Assembly: GCA_050273025.1 (NCBI GenBank) | Contig: CP158635.1 | Location: 7,688,001 to 7,752,000, forward strand | Origin: Cenococcum geophilum | Taxonomy: Eukaryota | DNA: 64,000 nucleotides | Direction: 5' to 3' | Shown: positions 1-12,649 of the stretch, in pieces | How the letters are laid out: each line of letters starts with the position of its first letter | How positions within the stretch are numbered: position 1 is the first letter of the stretch | The notes under the pieces: generated by a model | Told to the model about the DNA's origin: nothing | Database searches by the model: none | The model's input: only the letters and a program-made list of their open reading frames with translations | Made by a program: the position numbers and the translations under genes

Positions 1-394
1 CAGGTAACGGATTCTAGGGTAGGAGGGCGGCGGGCTAATTAATGGCCATAAAGCCGGCCGCGGGGGGAGCGATAGAAGCGGCAGCGGTAGTGGTAGCGGT
101 AGTGGTAGGGGCGGGGAGGGCCCTAGCGGCAGCTATAGCTACAGCAGCTATTTATATATTAGTATTTTCTTAAATTCTTAAATTCTTTTATAGTACTAAT
201 ACTTACTAGCACGCTTATCTGCTGGGACCGAAGTCCTATATATAGGCACCCCAGCCTATAACAGCGGCGGCATAGACGGCGGCACTAAGAGGCTGCGGCC
301 TGGCGCGGACATGGCGGCGGCAGCGGCGGTAGTAGTGATGGTGGTAGTAGTGGTGGTAGTAGTAGTGGCGGCAGCGGTGGTAGTAGTAGCAGTA

Positions 395-590
395 TGTTGG
401 AATTACAAGGTCATAAGGTCACAGCGGAGCAGTCTTGAGGGTCTAATTGATGATAGAGATGACGCAGACGATGAATATTGATTGATTCGTGATGCAGTAG
501 ATGCGGTTGATGTCTATGTAGATTGCATGAGGACTTCGACCTCACGACGTGTCCAGAGCTTAGTTAGCACCCCCATCGCTAATTCTGACA
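395..590 (-). repeat. 3' LTR of Copia element
   Basis: near-identical to 3026-3221, TG...CA termini. Confidence 0.95.
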
Positions 591-743
591 CTCCCCTATG
601 CTGACGATGCTCTGCTCGTCTGTCCTAAATAGGCAATTATGAAGCTATTCCCAAATGCCTTATAAGCGCCATTCGGCCTACGTATAGAGGGAAAACCTAT
701 AGTAGGCGAAAAACCTCCGTAACTTGCTCCGTTAGTTGCTCCG

Positions 744-1480
744 TTAATTACCGATTCCTAGCGTTATACAGTGCTTTGTAAATTGGTTGATTAATAGCTG
801 TTTCGTGTTGTACGGAAGGTTAACTGTACCCTTACTGTTATAGTAGAGCGTAGGGATAAAAGGGTTGTCGTTATCTCTCTCCCCTAGATCTCTCGTCAGC
901 TTCTTAAGCCATACTGCTAACCTTGCTCCTTCTGATGCTGCCATAATCTCTGCTTCTATTAAGCTCAATGCCGTCAACTTCTGCCTTTGAGCCATCTAGA
1001 TTACCGCTCCCCCATAGCGTATAACTGCTATGCCTTAGAATGATATCCGATTGTGTTTATTATATTATCACATTTAAGGGGGCGGATTGCAGTTGTCCAT
1101 TTTCAGCCGTTAATCTCGATTGATTTGGAAACCTATAAGTACCTCTGCAGGACCTAGGTCTTTATATCTACGATCAGCATATCGTCAACAAATAATAAGA
1201 TGTATACTTTATTTCCATCTAAAGCCATTCTCTCGGTGCCTACTTTCTTGTAGTGACGGCTTAGCTGCTACCTTCGCCATTAGGAACCTAAAGGTGTTGC
1301 ATTATATAATAGACGCAAATGTCTCGAAATAGTTAATATTGGGGGTCTGCTTGTTTCCCCGAATGTATAGTCTTGTCTTCTTGCGAATTACTTCTCCTTT
1401 GGCGTTGTACTTGTTTGGGAGTAACGACCTTCCTTCTAGTACTCTCCCCCTTATAATAGTATAGGTGTGCAGTCTCTTTA
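744..1480 (-). pseudogene. Copia RT (N-terminal part) and RNase H fragments
   Basis: KKTRLYIRGNKQTPNINYFETFAS (RT); AQRQKLTALSLIEAEIMAASEG (Copia RNase H). Confidence 0.85.
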
Positions 1481-1509
1481 GTACGGGCGTCCCACCCTTA
1501 GCATTACCT

Positions 1510-1905
1510 TGCAGATTTAAGCGTCCCACTTGATCTTAACCTAGGCTTCCTACTTAATTTAAGTGGCCCACTCGGTCTTGACCTGGGCTTCCTATTTAGC
1601 TTAAGCGGCCCACTTAGTCACCATCTGGCCTACTCGTAGTTCCCACTACTGGAGTCTCTGTTGGTACTTGGTCTTAACTTAGGCTTCCCACTTAATTTAA
1701 GCGGCCCACTTAATTACTATCTTACCTACTCGCAGTTCTCGCAACTAGAGTCTCTGTTAGCGCGTTTAAGGTAGTAGGGGGAGGTCTAGGTCGGTTCGGA
1801 GCTTAGCTTATAGTGTAATTTAAGCGTCCCGCTTGATCTTAATTTAAGCGTCCCGCTTAATCTTGACCTAGGCTTCCTACTCGATCTAAGCGGCCCACTC
1901 GGTCA
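1510..1905. repeat. Imperfect tandem repeats (TTAAGCGGCCCACT core) inside Copia
   Basis: motif ttaagcg(g/t)ccc(a/g)ct recurs about 7 times together with acctaggcttcc. Confidence 0.75.
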
Positions 1906-2049
1906 CCCTATCTCGTAGCTTGCTTATAGTATATACCTGACGTGCTCTATAAGGGAACCTATACTTGTTATAAGCATAGCACGTTTAGGGTTAAGGTAGG
2001 TAGATTAAATCGCTATCGAATTCTTCCTCAGCTATTGCTACATTCCCTA

Positions 2050-2965
2050 CTTCCTCTGCCTTAGGAGCACCTTAATCTTTCTTCTTAGCGTTATTAAATT
2101 GGAATTGTCTGAGTAGGGGACAGTCTTCCTAGTAGTGGCCTTCCTGATAGCATACTCTGCACTTGTCTTTCTGTGGTGGCCTTGGCTCCTTGCTATAGCT
2201 ATAGCTCTTGCCTACTTAAGACGACGAGCTATGGCGATAACGTGATAAGGAATAATTGAATCTACCAGCACAACCTCTGCCCCTTGTTTGACCTTAATTT
2301 CCCCTTCTCCCCCTAGGTTTGTCTTTCCTCTCTTATACAAGTACTGCATTTGGTACCTATATAGGGCGAGCAATCTTATGCTCCTGAAGAAGGGTAATAC
2401 AACTCTTAAGGTCTTGTTTGTCTCGTAGATACCAGGTCTTCGTATTCTGCCACATGATATTGCTTGGGAGGGCCAAGAGAAGCTGCTCTTTAATATCGTC
2501 GTTAGTAAGTGCTTAAGGTGTCGAAGCTAGATTAATCTTAAATTGATTTAGTATATGGATAAACTTGACAATTTATATCTTCTCTAGGTTGAATGTGGTG
2601 CTATAAAACTCTTTGCGAAGTCTAGACATATAGACCTCGTCTTTAGCCTTATTAAACTTCTTTATTCCTTCCTATATTCCTTAAATATTATACGCCTTTA
2701 TTATTATACGCAGCTCTTCCTAACGGTCGTCTTCTATCGAATTGTAGATGATCTTATTTGCTTCCCCTCGTCTTCTTCTTCCGTCAGCTAAATTGACTTA
2801 ATTTGGGTCCTCTGCACTAGTGATAAAATCCTAGCTCTCTAATATGATTAGGGCTGCCTTATAGGTGCGCTCTTAGTCTGCAAAGTTGTCTCCATTAAAA
2901 ATGACGATTTTGCCTGCCTTGTGATCGTACGTAGGTATCGTTGAGGTTGAGGTAGAGGAGGTCAT
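2050..2965 (-). pseudogene. gag: Copia gag
   Basis: ATG at 2965 MTSSTSTSTIPTYDHKAGKIVIFNGDNFAD...; CCHC knuckle CRVCYQEGHY*EDC at ~2120-2165; RIP stops. Confidence 0.85.
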
Positions 2966-3025
2966 TTTTGGGGGTCGATTTTCGAGTTAGGAGGTAGGAG
3001 AGATTTGCTACCCGGGCTTATAACC

Positions 3026-3221
3026 TGTTGGAATTACAAGGTCATAAGGTCACAGCGGAGCAGTCTTGAGGGTCTAATTGATGATAGAGATGACGCAGAC
3101 GATGAATATTGATTGATTCGTGATGTAGTAGATGCGGTTAATGTCTATGTAGATTGCATGAGGACTTCGACCTCACGACGTGTCCAGAGCTTAGTCAGCA
3201 CCCCTATCGCTAATTCTGACA
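3026..3221 (-). repeat. 5' LTR of Copia element
   Basis: near-identical to 395-590; adjacent PBS. Confidence 0.95.
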
Positions 3222-3420
3222 CAGTAGGAGCAAGAGTAGAAGACGCAGCAGCAGCAGCAGCGGTAGTAATAGTGGTGGTAATAGTACTATTGCTTAAGGA
3301 AGAAGACGACGACAACGACGACGACGACGTAAATAGCTATTGTTAATATACGTCACGTGATCAATTGTGTGAATCTATATCACGCGATTATTACGTAAAG
3401 GCAGCCTTATGTCACCACTA

Positions 3421-3620
3421 TAATAGTAGGCTAGTAGCAGGGCAGCAGTAGGGTAGTAGTAGGGCAGTAGGGTAGTAGGGCAGTAGTAGGGCAGTAGTAG
3501 GGCAGTAGTAGGGCAGTAGTAGGGCAGTAGTAGGGCAGTAGTAGGGTAGTAGTAGGGTAGTAGTAGGGCAGTAGCAGGGCAGTAGTAGGGCAGTAGCAGG
3601 GTAGTAGCAGGGTAGTAATA
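3421..3620. repeat. 11-bp minisatellite (AGTAGTAGGGC) in Helitron 3' region
   Basis: tandem units visible; shorter array at 10221-10312 in the second copy. Confidence 0.9.
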
Positions 3621-3673
3621 GGACTTCGTCCTAAAAGGACTTCGTCCTAAAGGACAAAAGCCCGCCGTAGGCG

Positions 3674-3736
3674 CGAGAAATAAGTAAACTTTTCTAAGGA
3701 ACTGAAATTTTCCTTGGAAAATTTGCTTATTTCTCG
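3674..3736. other. 63-bp terminal palindrome of Helitron copy 1
   Basis: CGAGAAATAAGTAAACTTTTCTAAGGAA...TTCCTTGGAAAATTTGCTTATTTCTCG; preceded by small hairpin CGCC-GTA-GGCG. Confidence 0.9.
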
Positions 3737-4378
3737 TCTCTGTATATACTAAGTTAATTTTAAGTAACGTCTTTAATTGGTTTAGAAAAATCCTGGTCAC
3801 CTAATATTTCACATGCTACCCTATTAAATTCGCAACCCTTCTACACTTACGATGCACCCCCTAATATTGCCTAAATAAAATTTCTTTTAGTATAGATTTA
3901 TAGAGCTTATAAAGCGCTTTAAAATGGTATTACTTCTATCTAAATATCCTAAGGTTAGGTAATATTATACTAATATAAAGCTTCAGAGCTCTACAGAGAA
4001 AATTTTAAAGGGGGTACACGGAGCTCTGCATGGAGCTCTGCGAAAGCTCTATATAAAGCTCTATAAAAACTCTGCACAATATTCTATAAAAGCTCTATAT
4101 AAAGCTCTATATAAAGCTCTACTTAAAGCCTATCTAGAGCTCTAAAGCTCCTACCCTTACTACTTAAATACTACTCCCTACCTACCGCCTAAATGCCTTC
4201 TAATCGTATATTTTATAATAGCTATAATTAGTATCGCTTTTTTACTAACTTTATAATAAACCGTCTTAGAGCTCTGTATAAGACCTATAAATCTTACAAA
4301 GTTAATTCTTTATTTACTCTTCTAACCTACTACCTTTCTAACTCTATATATATAGGGGAAAAGGAATAGACGGTCTTA

Positions 4379-7300
4379 ATGACCTTTAGTAGACCTTCTA
4401 TAGCCTATAAACCAAACTACAGCCGCTACTACTTCCGCTACTACTTCCGCTACTACTTCCGCTACTACTTCCGCTACTACTTCCGCCGCTGCTTCTCCCC
4501 TTATACCACCTATATCAATCTAGCCGCGACTACCTATATTAATTTAGCCGCGACCTACTACAGTCCGCCCTATCGCGGAGCAGCTAGATTGTAGTCCTAC
4601 TACCGTCCGCTCTATTACGGAGCAGCTAGATCTTAGTCCTATAGACATTACCTATAACTTTTACGCGGCCCTACATTGGATTGATAAACGTGTTAGTATA
4701 TTACAGCCTAGCAATCCACAGTTTAAAGCCTACTATAAGCATAGTAATATAGACCTCCCTCTATTCTAGCCTTCGCTAAAATATCTACGCGACCTTTTAG
4801 AGTCCCGTAGTACTTCTGCTAGGTAGTTTAGGGAGCGGCTCCGCGGATATAATATAGTATTGGCTTTTACGTCCGTAAACTGTACTATTACTAACTATAG
4901 TATAGCCTAGGGCGGCCTAAATTGCTTCCAGATATATGGTAAGCTTTACTATCTATAGGGCCCGCTAGAGCCTCCTACTAATATTACTCCGCGGTATACC
5001 TAGCTATACTTTTACAACCCTAGTTATACTATAGATGTCCGGCTATAGGCCTGTCCTAATACCTAGCTAAATATAACTATTCTGTAGTGCCTTACTGCTA
5101 TGCTATCTAAGGTACGGAATCCTTTTATCGCCCTTTATTAAACCGCAAGAAAACGGCTTTAGGCTTAGCCCGTAATAGCCCTATTACAGATTATCTTAAA
5201 CCTATAGATGCGGCTTATCTTAGAGGCTAGTGCTAATTAGCGCCGCAAGAACCTCCTAATAAGTAATAAGGTGGCCGTTATTATACCAAATAAGTACAGT
5301 AATGCCAGCTTTCGCGATATTGTGCTTATAAAGCGTTATATACCTAATAAGTAGCCGCGTTACTGCTGTATTAACTTAACGTATACTATATATATGCCGC
5401 TCCACTATATACTGCTCTTCCCCCGTAGTAATACTAGCTGGCACTAGGGTCTCTAGCTACGCGACTCTAATTAAGCCCGCTAGCGAGACCGTTTAACGTA
5501 GCGGGCGTACTTTTAGTTCTACCTATACGTCTATAATAACTCTAAGTTAGTCCCTTTTGCCTACTGCCGGCTATTTTAGTAGTACGTTATAGATATATAG
5601 GCGCTATATAATTAGAATAAACTTAACTAGATCCGTTCCTACTAACCTAATCTCTATATAGAGCTATATAACGGTGTTACAGATACTCTTACCCACGCTA
5701 ATCTGGACCCTTAATTATTAGGCCGCTATATAGTCCTTCCATTAAGTTTCCTTAGCGGAGCTCACTTTATTAGGCAGTGCTATTAGAATTTAATAGCTAT
5801 TATCTATAAATATAGCCGTCCAAGCATATTTCTTACGTTTACTGCTAACTTTAGGTGGGACGAGATTACCCGCGAGCTACTACCTAGGTAGACCGCTATA
5901 GATAGGCCTAATCTAGTTGCGCACGTCTTCCGTATAAAAGTTACCCACTTCTTATACGACCTAAAACGGAAGTAGATCTTCAGCCGGTACCGCAGCTATA
6001 TTTAGACCATCAAGTACTAAAAATGGGGCCTGCCCTATTAGTACCTACTGCTTTTTTTACATCCGTATAACCGCGACAGGCTGCTAAACCTAGCCGTTAT
6101 CAACCGTTTTATATCCGCGGAGCTTCCGCAGCCGGAGGATAATCCCACTAGTTATCTTACTAAGATTATAAAGTTAATAATGGTTTACGGCCCTTGCGGC
6201 TCCTAGAATCCGTAAGCTCCCTATATAGTTTTGCTAAGGCTAGGCCTTCTGCTAACCTACTTAAAGCGGTACCCTAAGCCTTTTAACCCTATTACTATTG
6301 TGCATAAGGACGGCTATTTAGAATACCGCTGTTATAATAATGGGCGGATATAGTCTATCCGCTTACCGGGGCCTTTTAGAGCTACGTTTAAAATAAATAA
6401 CCGCTAGATTATTCCGTATAGCCTATATCTAACTATAAAGTACTATGCCTATATAAATGTTAAGATCTACGCCTCTATAAAGTCCGTTAAGTATATCTAT
6501 AAGTATATATATAAGGGGAATAACCGCACTACCTTATAACTTACGGACGGCGATAAGGTAAGCTAGTATTTATAGGGCCGTTATATTAGCCCCTCTAAGG
6601 CTATCTAGCGGATATTTAAGTTTCCTATTTATAAGGAGTCTCCCCCTATAATCTAGCTTACGGTGCACCCTCTAGGTAAGCAGCCCGTATACTTTTAGCT
6701 AAACTAATCCGTAGAGGAAATCTAATAGCGCCTTAAGCTCTCCTACTCTACGTTAACGGCCTTCTTTAAGTATAACGTGGAGTATAAGGATGGCCGTAAC
6801 CGCCTATATTAAGACTTTCTTAAGCGGTATATCTTTTATATAAAGTAATGGGAGTAGCGTCTACGCCAGCGAGGCCTTATAATAGGCCGTATATATTACT
6901 ACAGTCCCATTACAGGCGAGAGGTTCTACTTACAGCTACTACTAACCTCCGTTCCTAGCCCTACCTCCTTTAAAGACCTCCGTACTATTGCTAGTATAGT
7001 CTATTTAACCTTTTAGGCCGCCTATATGGCCCTAGGGCTACTAGAGGATAACTATAAGTGGATTAATTACTTTATAGAGGCCGCCGTTTTTGCTACTAGC
7101 GCCTAGCTACGCTCCTTATTTATAACCGCTTTAGTTTACGGCCCTATTACGGAGCCAGTTACTTTATAGGACCGCTTTAAACAGTTTATCTATAATAATC
7201 TACCTTACTTTCTAGCCTAGCAGCCTAATATTCCTATAGTTGGCGAGGATAACAACGCCTATTTTAATTATGGCCTATACCTTATCTATCAGATGCTTAC

Positions 7301-8813
7301 AAATTACTAAAAGACACTTACAGACTATAGTCTACCCTAGTTTTAGCACTAGTAGGCCGTTATTACTAAGGGAAATAACCTGCTTCTTATAGCGGAGCTA
7401 TAGCAATACAACCCTATAGAGGAAGGTCGCTAGTTTACTAAGCTACGCTAGCAGCTAAATACCAATCAGGCAGCGTGCTTTAATACTATTATTGCCGCTA
7501 TAGATACGGGTTTATAAACGGCCCATTTCTTCCTCTAGGGCCCTATAGGCACCGGTAAAACGTTTCTCTATTACTGCCTCTACTACTACTACCGCTCGCG
7601 CGGTAAAATTGTTCTTTGCGTAGCTTCTTCTGGTATTACGGCCCTTTTACTACCTGGCGGTTATACTACCCACTTTCGTTTTTAGATACCTCTTAATCTA
7701 TATAAAGAGTCTACTTGCAATATCTCTAAAAGCTTAAATCTGGCTAAGCTTTTACGCCATACCTCTCTGCTTATTTAGGATGAGGTACTAATATAGCACC
7801 GCTACTACTTTAAAGCCGTATACTATATACTTACGGACGTCCGTTCTAACGACTCTACCTTTAGCGGACTCCCTACTATCTTAGGTAGTAACTTTACTTA
7901 GATATTACCTATTGTCCCACAGGGGAACCATATAGCTATTATAGGTGCCTACCTATAGCGTTTATTCCTCTAGCCTACCTTTTATATACTATTCCTGCGG
8001 TTAAATATGCGTGTCTACTAGGGTAAGGCTAATTAATAGTTCGCAGCTTAGGTACGGAACTTATTTTATAATACGTCCCTATCTAGTAGCGTTACTATCT
8101 TACCTAGTATAGCCTAGTTACGGTCTAAGGAACCCTTCTATAAGTATATATACCCTCCGCAACTGCTTACGCGGGCATATACTACTCCTAATACCTTCCG
8201 CGATCGCGCTATCCTAACCGTCCGTAATAATACTGTCCTTACGCGGCTCTACGGCTCCCTAAGCACCTTTTATTCTATAGACTCTATAGAGTAAAATAGA
8301 GAAGATAATTATATAAAACTGCCGCCGGCGGAGCTCCTGCAGACATTTAACCTTAATAGCCTACCTCCGTTAAAGCTTTCCCTAAAGGTAGGCGCGCCCG
8401 TAATCCTTTTACGGAACCTCTACCCTAATAAAGGGCTCTATAACGGCACCTATATAGTTATTACGCGCGTAGGCCGCCGCTGTATTAAAACTGAGATACT
8501 TAGTGGCAGCTTTTATAACCAGCTACGGCTAATTTCTCGCATTAAGCTTACCTCTACGGAAGGAGAACTGCCGTTTATCGTCAGTAGAAGGCAGTTTCTA
8601 ATCTGGCTGTGCTTTGCTATAACCGTAAATAAGTTATAGGGCTAGTCTTTTAACTTTATTGGCGTTAATTTACGTATGCTAGTCTTTACGTATAGGCAGC
8701 TATATGTTGTACTATTAAGAGTAACGGATATAGCTAGGCTTTTGCTATTACTGCCGTAGGATGGGGATGCTATAACTACCAATATTATATATCTAGAGGT
8801 ATTGCTTTTATAA
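4379..8813 (+). pseudogene. Helitron Rep (HUH endonuclease)-PIF1 helicase
   Basis: de-RIPed motifs: CxxC zinc region MDITCDFCAALHW (~4640), RPSIFLTFTAN (~5815), IEYQKRGLPH (~6010), KYIxKYIYKG (~6490), Walker A QGPxGTGKT (~7535), IWDEVPM (~7773), C-terminal IYPEVLL; start uncertain. Confidence 0.93.
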
Positions 8814-9029
8814 TAAGGTATATTATTTTATTATATAACTACTTCTATAACTACCCTATAGGGCCAGTAAAACCTCTATAAGTGCCCCGTAGGGTCTAGT
8901 AAACACTCCCTTTTTCCTCCCTTTTCCCCCTCCTCTACCCCCCTCCTCTACCCCTCCCCTACTCCTCATTCTTACCTCCCTCCCACTCCTCAACTATATC
9001 CGCTAAATAGCGGAGCAGCCCTATAACCT

Positions 9030-10115
9030 ACTAGCGCCCTATAGGGCGAAAACGGGCGCGGGCAGGCGGGGCCTCCTCCTCTTTATTATTATCGTCGTCG
9101 TCATCATCGTCGTCATCGTCGTTATCGTTGTTGGCGGCGGCGGCGGTAGTAGCGGGAGGGACTAGGGCGCGGGAGGACGCGTAGGAGGATACGCGGCCGC
9201 GGCGGACCGGTAGGGTAGCGGTAGTAGCTGCGGCGGGGGCAGACGCTATTATCTCTATTAGTTATGCTTTTTACTATTATATTACTAACTTATAGGCCTA
9301 AAAGGAGCAGCGCGCCCCTTCGCTACTATAATAGCAGTTAGCATAGCTGCCGTGTAGCTGGCCCGCGACTAACACACACTTTATAAATAGGCTACCGCCC
9401 TATACGTACGACGTATAAGCCTACGGGGCTACCGTACCCCGGCTTTACGCTAGGGCTGCCTTTATATTTAGGGCCCTGGCCTTAAGGCGGATCCCCTAGT
9501 AGACCCTAGAAGCTCTACCTAGGCTAGAAGCCCACTATAAAGATACACCCCAAACGCGCGGTAGGGAACGTAGCGCCCGCATTATAGCTATATTGGCGGT
9601 GGCGGCTTCGGCAGCAGTAGTAAGCGCGGTAGGTAAGGGATTCTAGGGTAGGCGGGCGGCAGGCTGCGGGAGGGCGGTAGGCTGATTAATGGCCGTAAAG
9701 CTAGCCAGGGGAGGAGTGGCGGCAGTAGCGGCGGCGGCAGCGGTAGTGGCGGGAGCGGGGAGGAGCCAGGCGGCTGCCGCAGCTACAGTACCTATTTACA
9801 TATTAGTATCTTCTCAAATTCTTAAATTCTTTTATAGTACTAATACTTACTAGTATACTTATCTGCTGGGACCGAAGTCCTACGCGTAGGCACCCTAGCC
9901 TAAGACGGCGGCGGCGCGGACGGTAGTACGGAGAGGCGGCGGCCGGGCGCGGATATAGCGGCGGCAGCGGCGGTAGTAGTAATGGTGGTGGTGGTGGTAG
10001 TGGTAGTAGCGGTAGTAGTAGTAGCAGTAGGAGTAGGAGCAGAAGAAGCAGCAGTAGCAGCGGCAGTGGTAATGGTAATAGTGATAGTGCTGTTGCTTAA
10101 GGAAGAAGATAACGA
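9030..10115 (-). pseudogene. Helitron cargo gene with DUF3716-like Cys-rich domain, spliced
   Basis: 9301-9462 de-RIPs to EAALAQSRGTVAPQACTSCVQGGGPFVECVLVAGQLHGSCANCHYGSEGARCSF; GTAAGT...CTAA...TAG intron at ~9791-9850; low-complexity Thr/Ala/Pro N-terminus; ends approximate. Confidence 0.72.
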
Positions 10116-10382
10116 CGACAACAATAATATAAATAGCTATTATTAATATACGTTACGTAATTAATTATATAAATCTATATCACGCGATTATCATATAAAG
10201 GCAGCCTTACGTCACCACTATAATAGTAGGGCAATAGTAGGGCAGTAGTAGGGCAGTAGCAGGGCAGTAGTAGGGCAGTAGTAGGGCAGTAGTAGGGTAG
10301 TAGTAGGGCAGCTACTTAGTTCCTAAAAGGACTTCGTCCTAAAAAGGACTTCGTCCCAAAGGACAAAAGCCCGCCGCAGGCG

Positions 10383-10445
10383 CGAGAAATAAGTAAACTT
10401 TTCTAAGGAACTGAAATTTTCCTTAGAAAATTTGCTTATTTCTCG
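10383..10445. other. 63-bp terminal palindrome of Helitron copy 2
   Basis: same as 3674-3736; preceded by CGCC-GCA-GGCG hairpin. Confidence 0.9.
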
Positions 10446-10829
10446 TAACTATATACTTAGGTTTTTACCTAATAATGCCCCCCCCTTTAAAAAGGGTTGT
10501 CTTCAATCCCCTATATACTTAGGCCTTAATAAAACCCTATAAAAACCTTAATAAGGAAAAAATTGGAAGGGAAAGAGCGTCCTAATTTTGCGCATAGAGA
10601 GATAGGTAGTACACTTACGCGAAGATGTTAAGGAACTTCAACCGCCGGTCAAAGTTGTCTAATTAGTTAGATTTGGCTTACTAAAACTTCCCTATATTTC
10701 ACTAAGCTAATAGCGATTTTATATACCCGGTATGGAAAATCCTAATTAGTTTATTTAATAGGTAAAGCTAGTAGCTTAATACTGTCACCCAAATTTAGTA
10801 GACACGAAATATTCCAAAAGCTTACTTAT

Positions 10830-11480
10830 ATAGGCAGGTCGCTAGTACCTCGCGGGTAGGTTATAGGTTACTCGCATACAGCTAGATTTAGGACGGTAAG
10901 GCTATATGCCCATTAAACCCGCCGCTAACCCTTACTTTAGCTTTGCGCTATATAGGCGTAGCGCTGTATATACTTTGCGGGTAGGTTATAGGTTACTTAT
11001 ATATAGCTAGATTTAGGACAATAAGGCTATATACCTATTAAATCCGCCACTAACCTATACTTTAGCCTTATGCGTTATCTATATAGTATATACATAGAAT
11101 AGTGTATAAGTTGTCTATACAGGTCACTATTAGCAGGTCACTAGTAGGTCGTAGACCCCGGTTAAAGGACACTAGTTATAGATAGGTATAGGACAATATA
11201 AGTCATTAGTATAGGTTACTACTAGTAGGTTACTAGCGGGTTAAAAACTTTAGTTAAAGGACCTTAGTTACGGACGAACCTATCTAGTATAAGTTATTAG
11301 TGTAGGTTACTACTAGTAGGTCACTAGTAGGTTGTAAACCCTAGTTAAAGGACCCCGGTTATAAATAGATGTATTACCTAATATATATAAGTCGTTGGTA
11401 TAGGTAGGTTATTACTAGTAAGTTACCAGTAGGTTATAAACCCTAGTTAAAGGACTCTAGTTATAAACGGGCCTGTTTAC
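10830..11480. repeat. Internal tandem repeats (2x ~125 bp, then ~4x ~90-100 bp)
   Basis: gcgggtaggttataggttact... at ~10852 and ~10977; ...ggttaaaggac... units at 11130-11470. Confidence 0.8.
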
Positions 11481-12649
11481 CAAGTTCTTATATATAAATA
11501 GTTTGTAAAGGTAGTATAGAGTAACAAACTAGGTCTTAGAAGAGTACTTTTAAAGGGTTGTAGTATATACAGTATATTAACGAATTAAGCTTCGTCACCA
11601 TTATACGCTATAGTCCCGCCTATAAGTCGCCGGCAAGTCGCTAAGGAGTTGCCAGGGAGTCGCCGGGTTGCGTTAGAGTGTGGCTTATATAGGATATTAA
11701 TAAATTAAGCTTCACCCCATATATATACCGTAACTCTTACTATAAGCATTAGCTTATTCCTTAATCCCTATATCCTCTACCTTTCTTTAGTATAAGCTAT
11801 GTCTTAGTAGCAACGCTTACCTTTTACGTACGCTTTAGCTATAAGGCTGGGTAGTAGTATACTAGCTTTATAAAACGGTTTATAAGGATAAAGAGGTGTC
11901 TTAGACTTAGGGAGATCCGTAATAGTTAAGTAAATAATACTACTAGGCTCGTATAGGGGCCTTAAGGGCTACAGCTCACTATAAGGTGTATAGCGGCGTA
12001 ATTTAAGCGTTAGTAGGTATTGCAGTACCTAGGTATTTGTGGAGGTCCTTAGTAAGGCTAGACCTTATTGTGCCTTAGAAGTCCTTAACTGTTACTAGCA
12101 AGAGCTTACCCCTAGGTAGTTACGTATAGAGTGTATAAAGGCGTCCCTTATACTCTATAGATAGATAAGTGACTTAGGGGTATTCCGTAAGCCGTTTCGG
12201 CTAAAGTAGCTACTACTACTATTGCCGTGGTATAAGACTCTACGCGAAGTTAATGCTAGTAAGGTGACTTACAGGGTTGTTATAGGGGACTGTCGCCTGG
12301 GCTAAGGGTCTAGCGCTATAGGTTGGTTAAAGTCTTAGTGAAAATAGTAAGACGCTCTAGTCCGCCGGCGCTAGGTTATTAGTGTAGTAGCATTAGGGCC
12401 GCCTATAAGGCCTATAACCCGCAACTTTTTGGTATAGTATAGGTATAGACATAGTTAGGTCGTGATGTAACTATATAATATATACGTTTAGGGGTATACA
12501 GTATTTAAGCCTTCTGCCTATACTAACATCGGGTTATAATATCCTGCGCACGATATATATTTAGGGTATACGGTATCTAAATCTAATATTAGGTCGCGAT
12601 ATCCTATATATAATGCGTTTAGGGTATACGGTATCTTAGTCTTAGGTAG

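Larger units (their letters stand above)
395..3221 (-). mobile_element. Ty1/Copia LTR retrotransposon, internally deleted, RIP-inactivated
   Basis: 196-bp LTRs TGTTGG...CTGACA at 395-590 and 3026-3221; TSD CAGTA (390-394, 3222-3226); PBS GGTTATAAGCCC and PPT AGGGGAG on the minus strand; gag zinc knuckle, RT and RNase H fragments. Confidence 0.95.
1..3736 (+). mobile_element. Helitron family A, upstream copy (only 3' part in window), interrupted by Copia
   Basis: 1-394 and 3222-3736 are collinear with ~9630-10445 of the downstream copy and end in the same 63-bp palindrome (...TTATTTCTCG). Confidence 0.85.
3737..10445 (+). mobile_element. Helitron family A, full-length copy (~6.7 kb), RIP-inactivated
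   Basis: 5' TC terminus (TCTCTGTATATAC) directly after copy 1; Rep-helicase gene; 3' palindrome 10383-10445 followed by T of the target LTR. Confidence 0.88.

Noticed and set aside
3113..3800. ORFs 3113-3346 and 3375-3800
   Set aside because: Read-through of LTR and minisatellite sequence with low-complexity products
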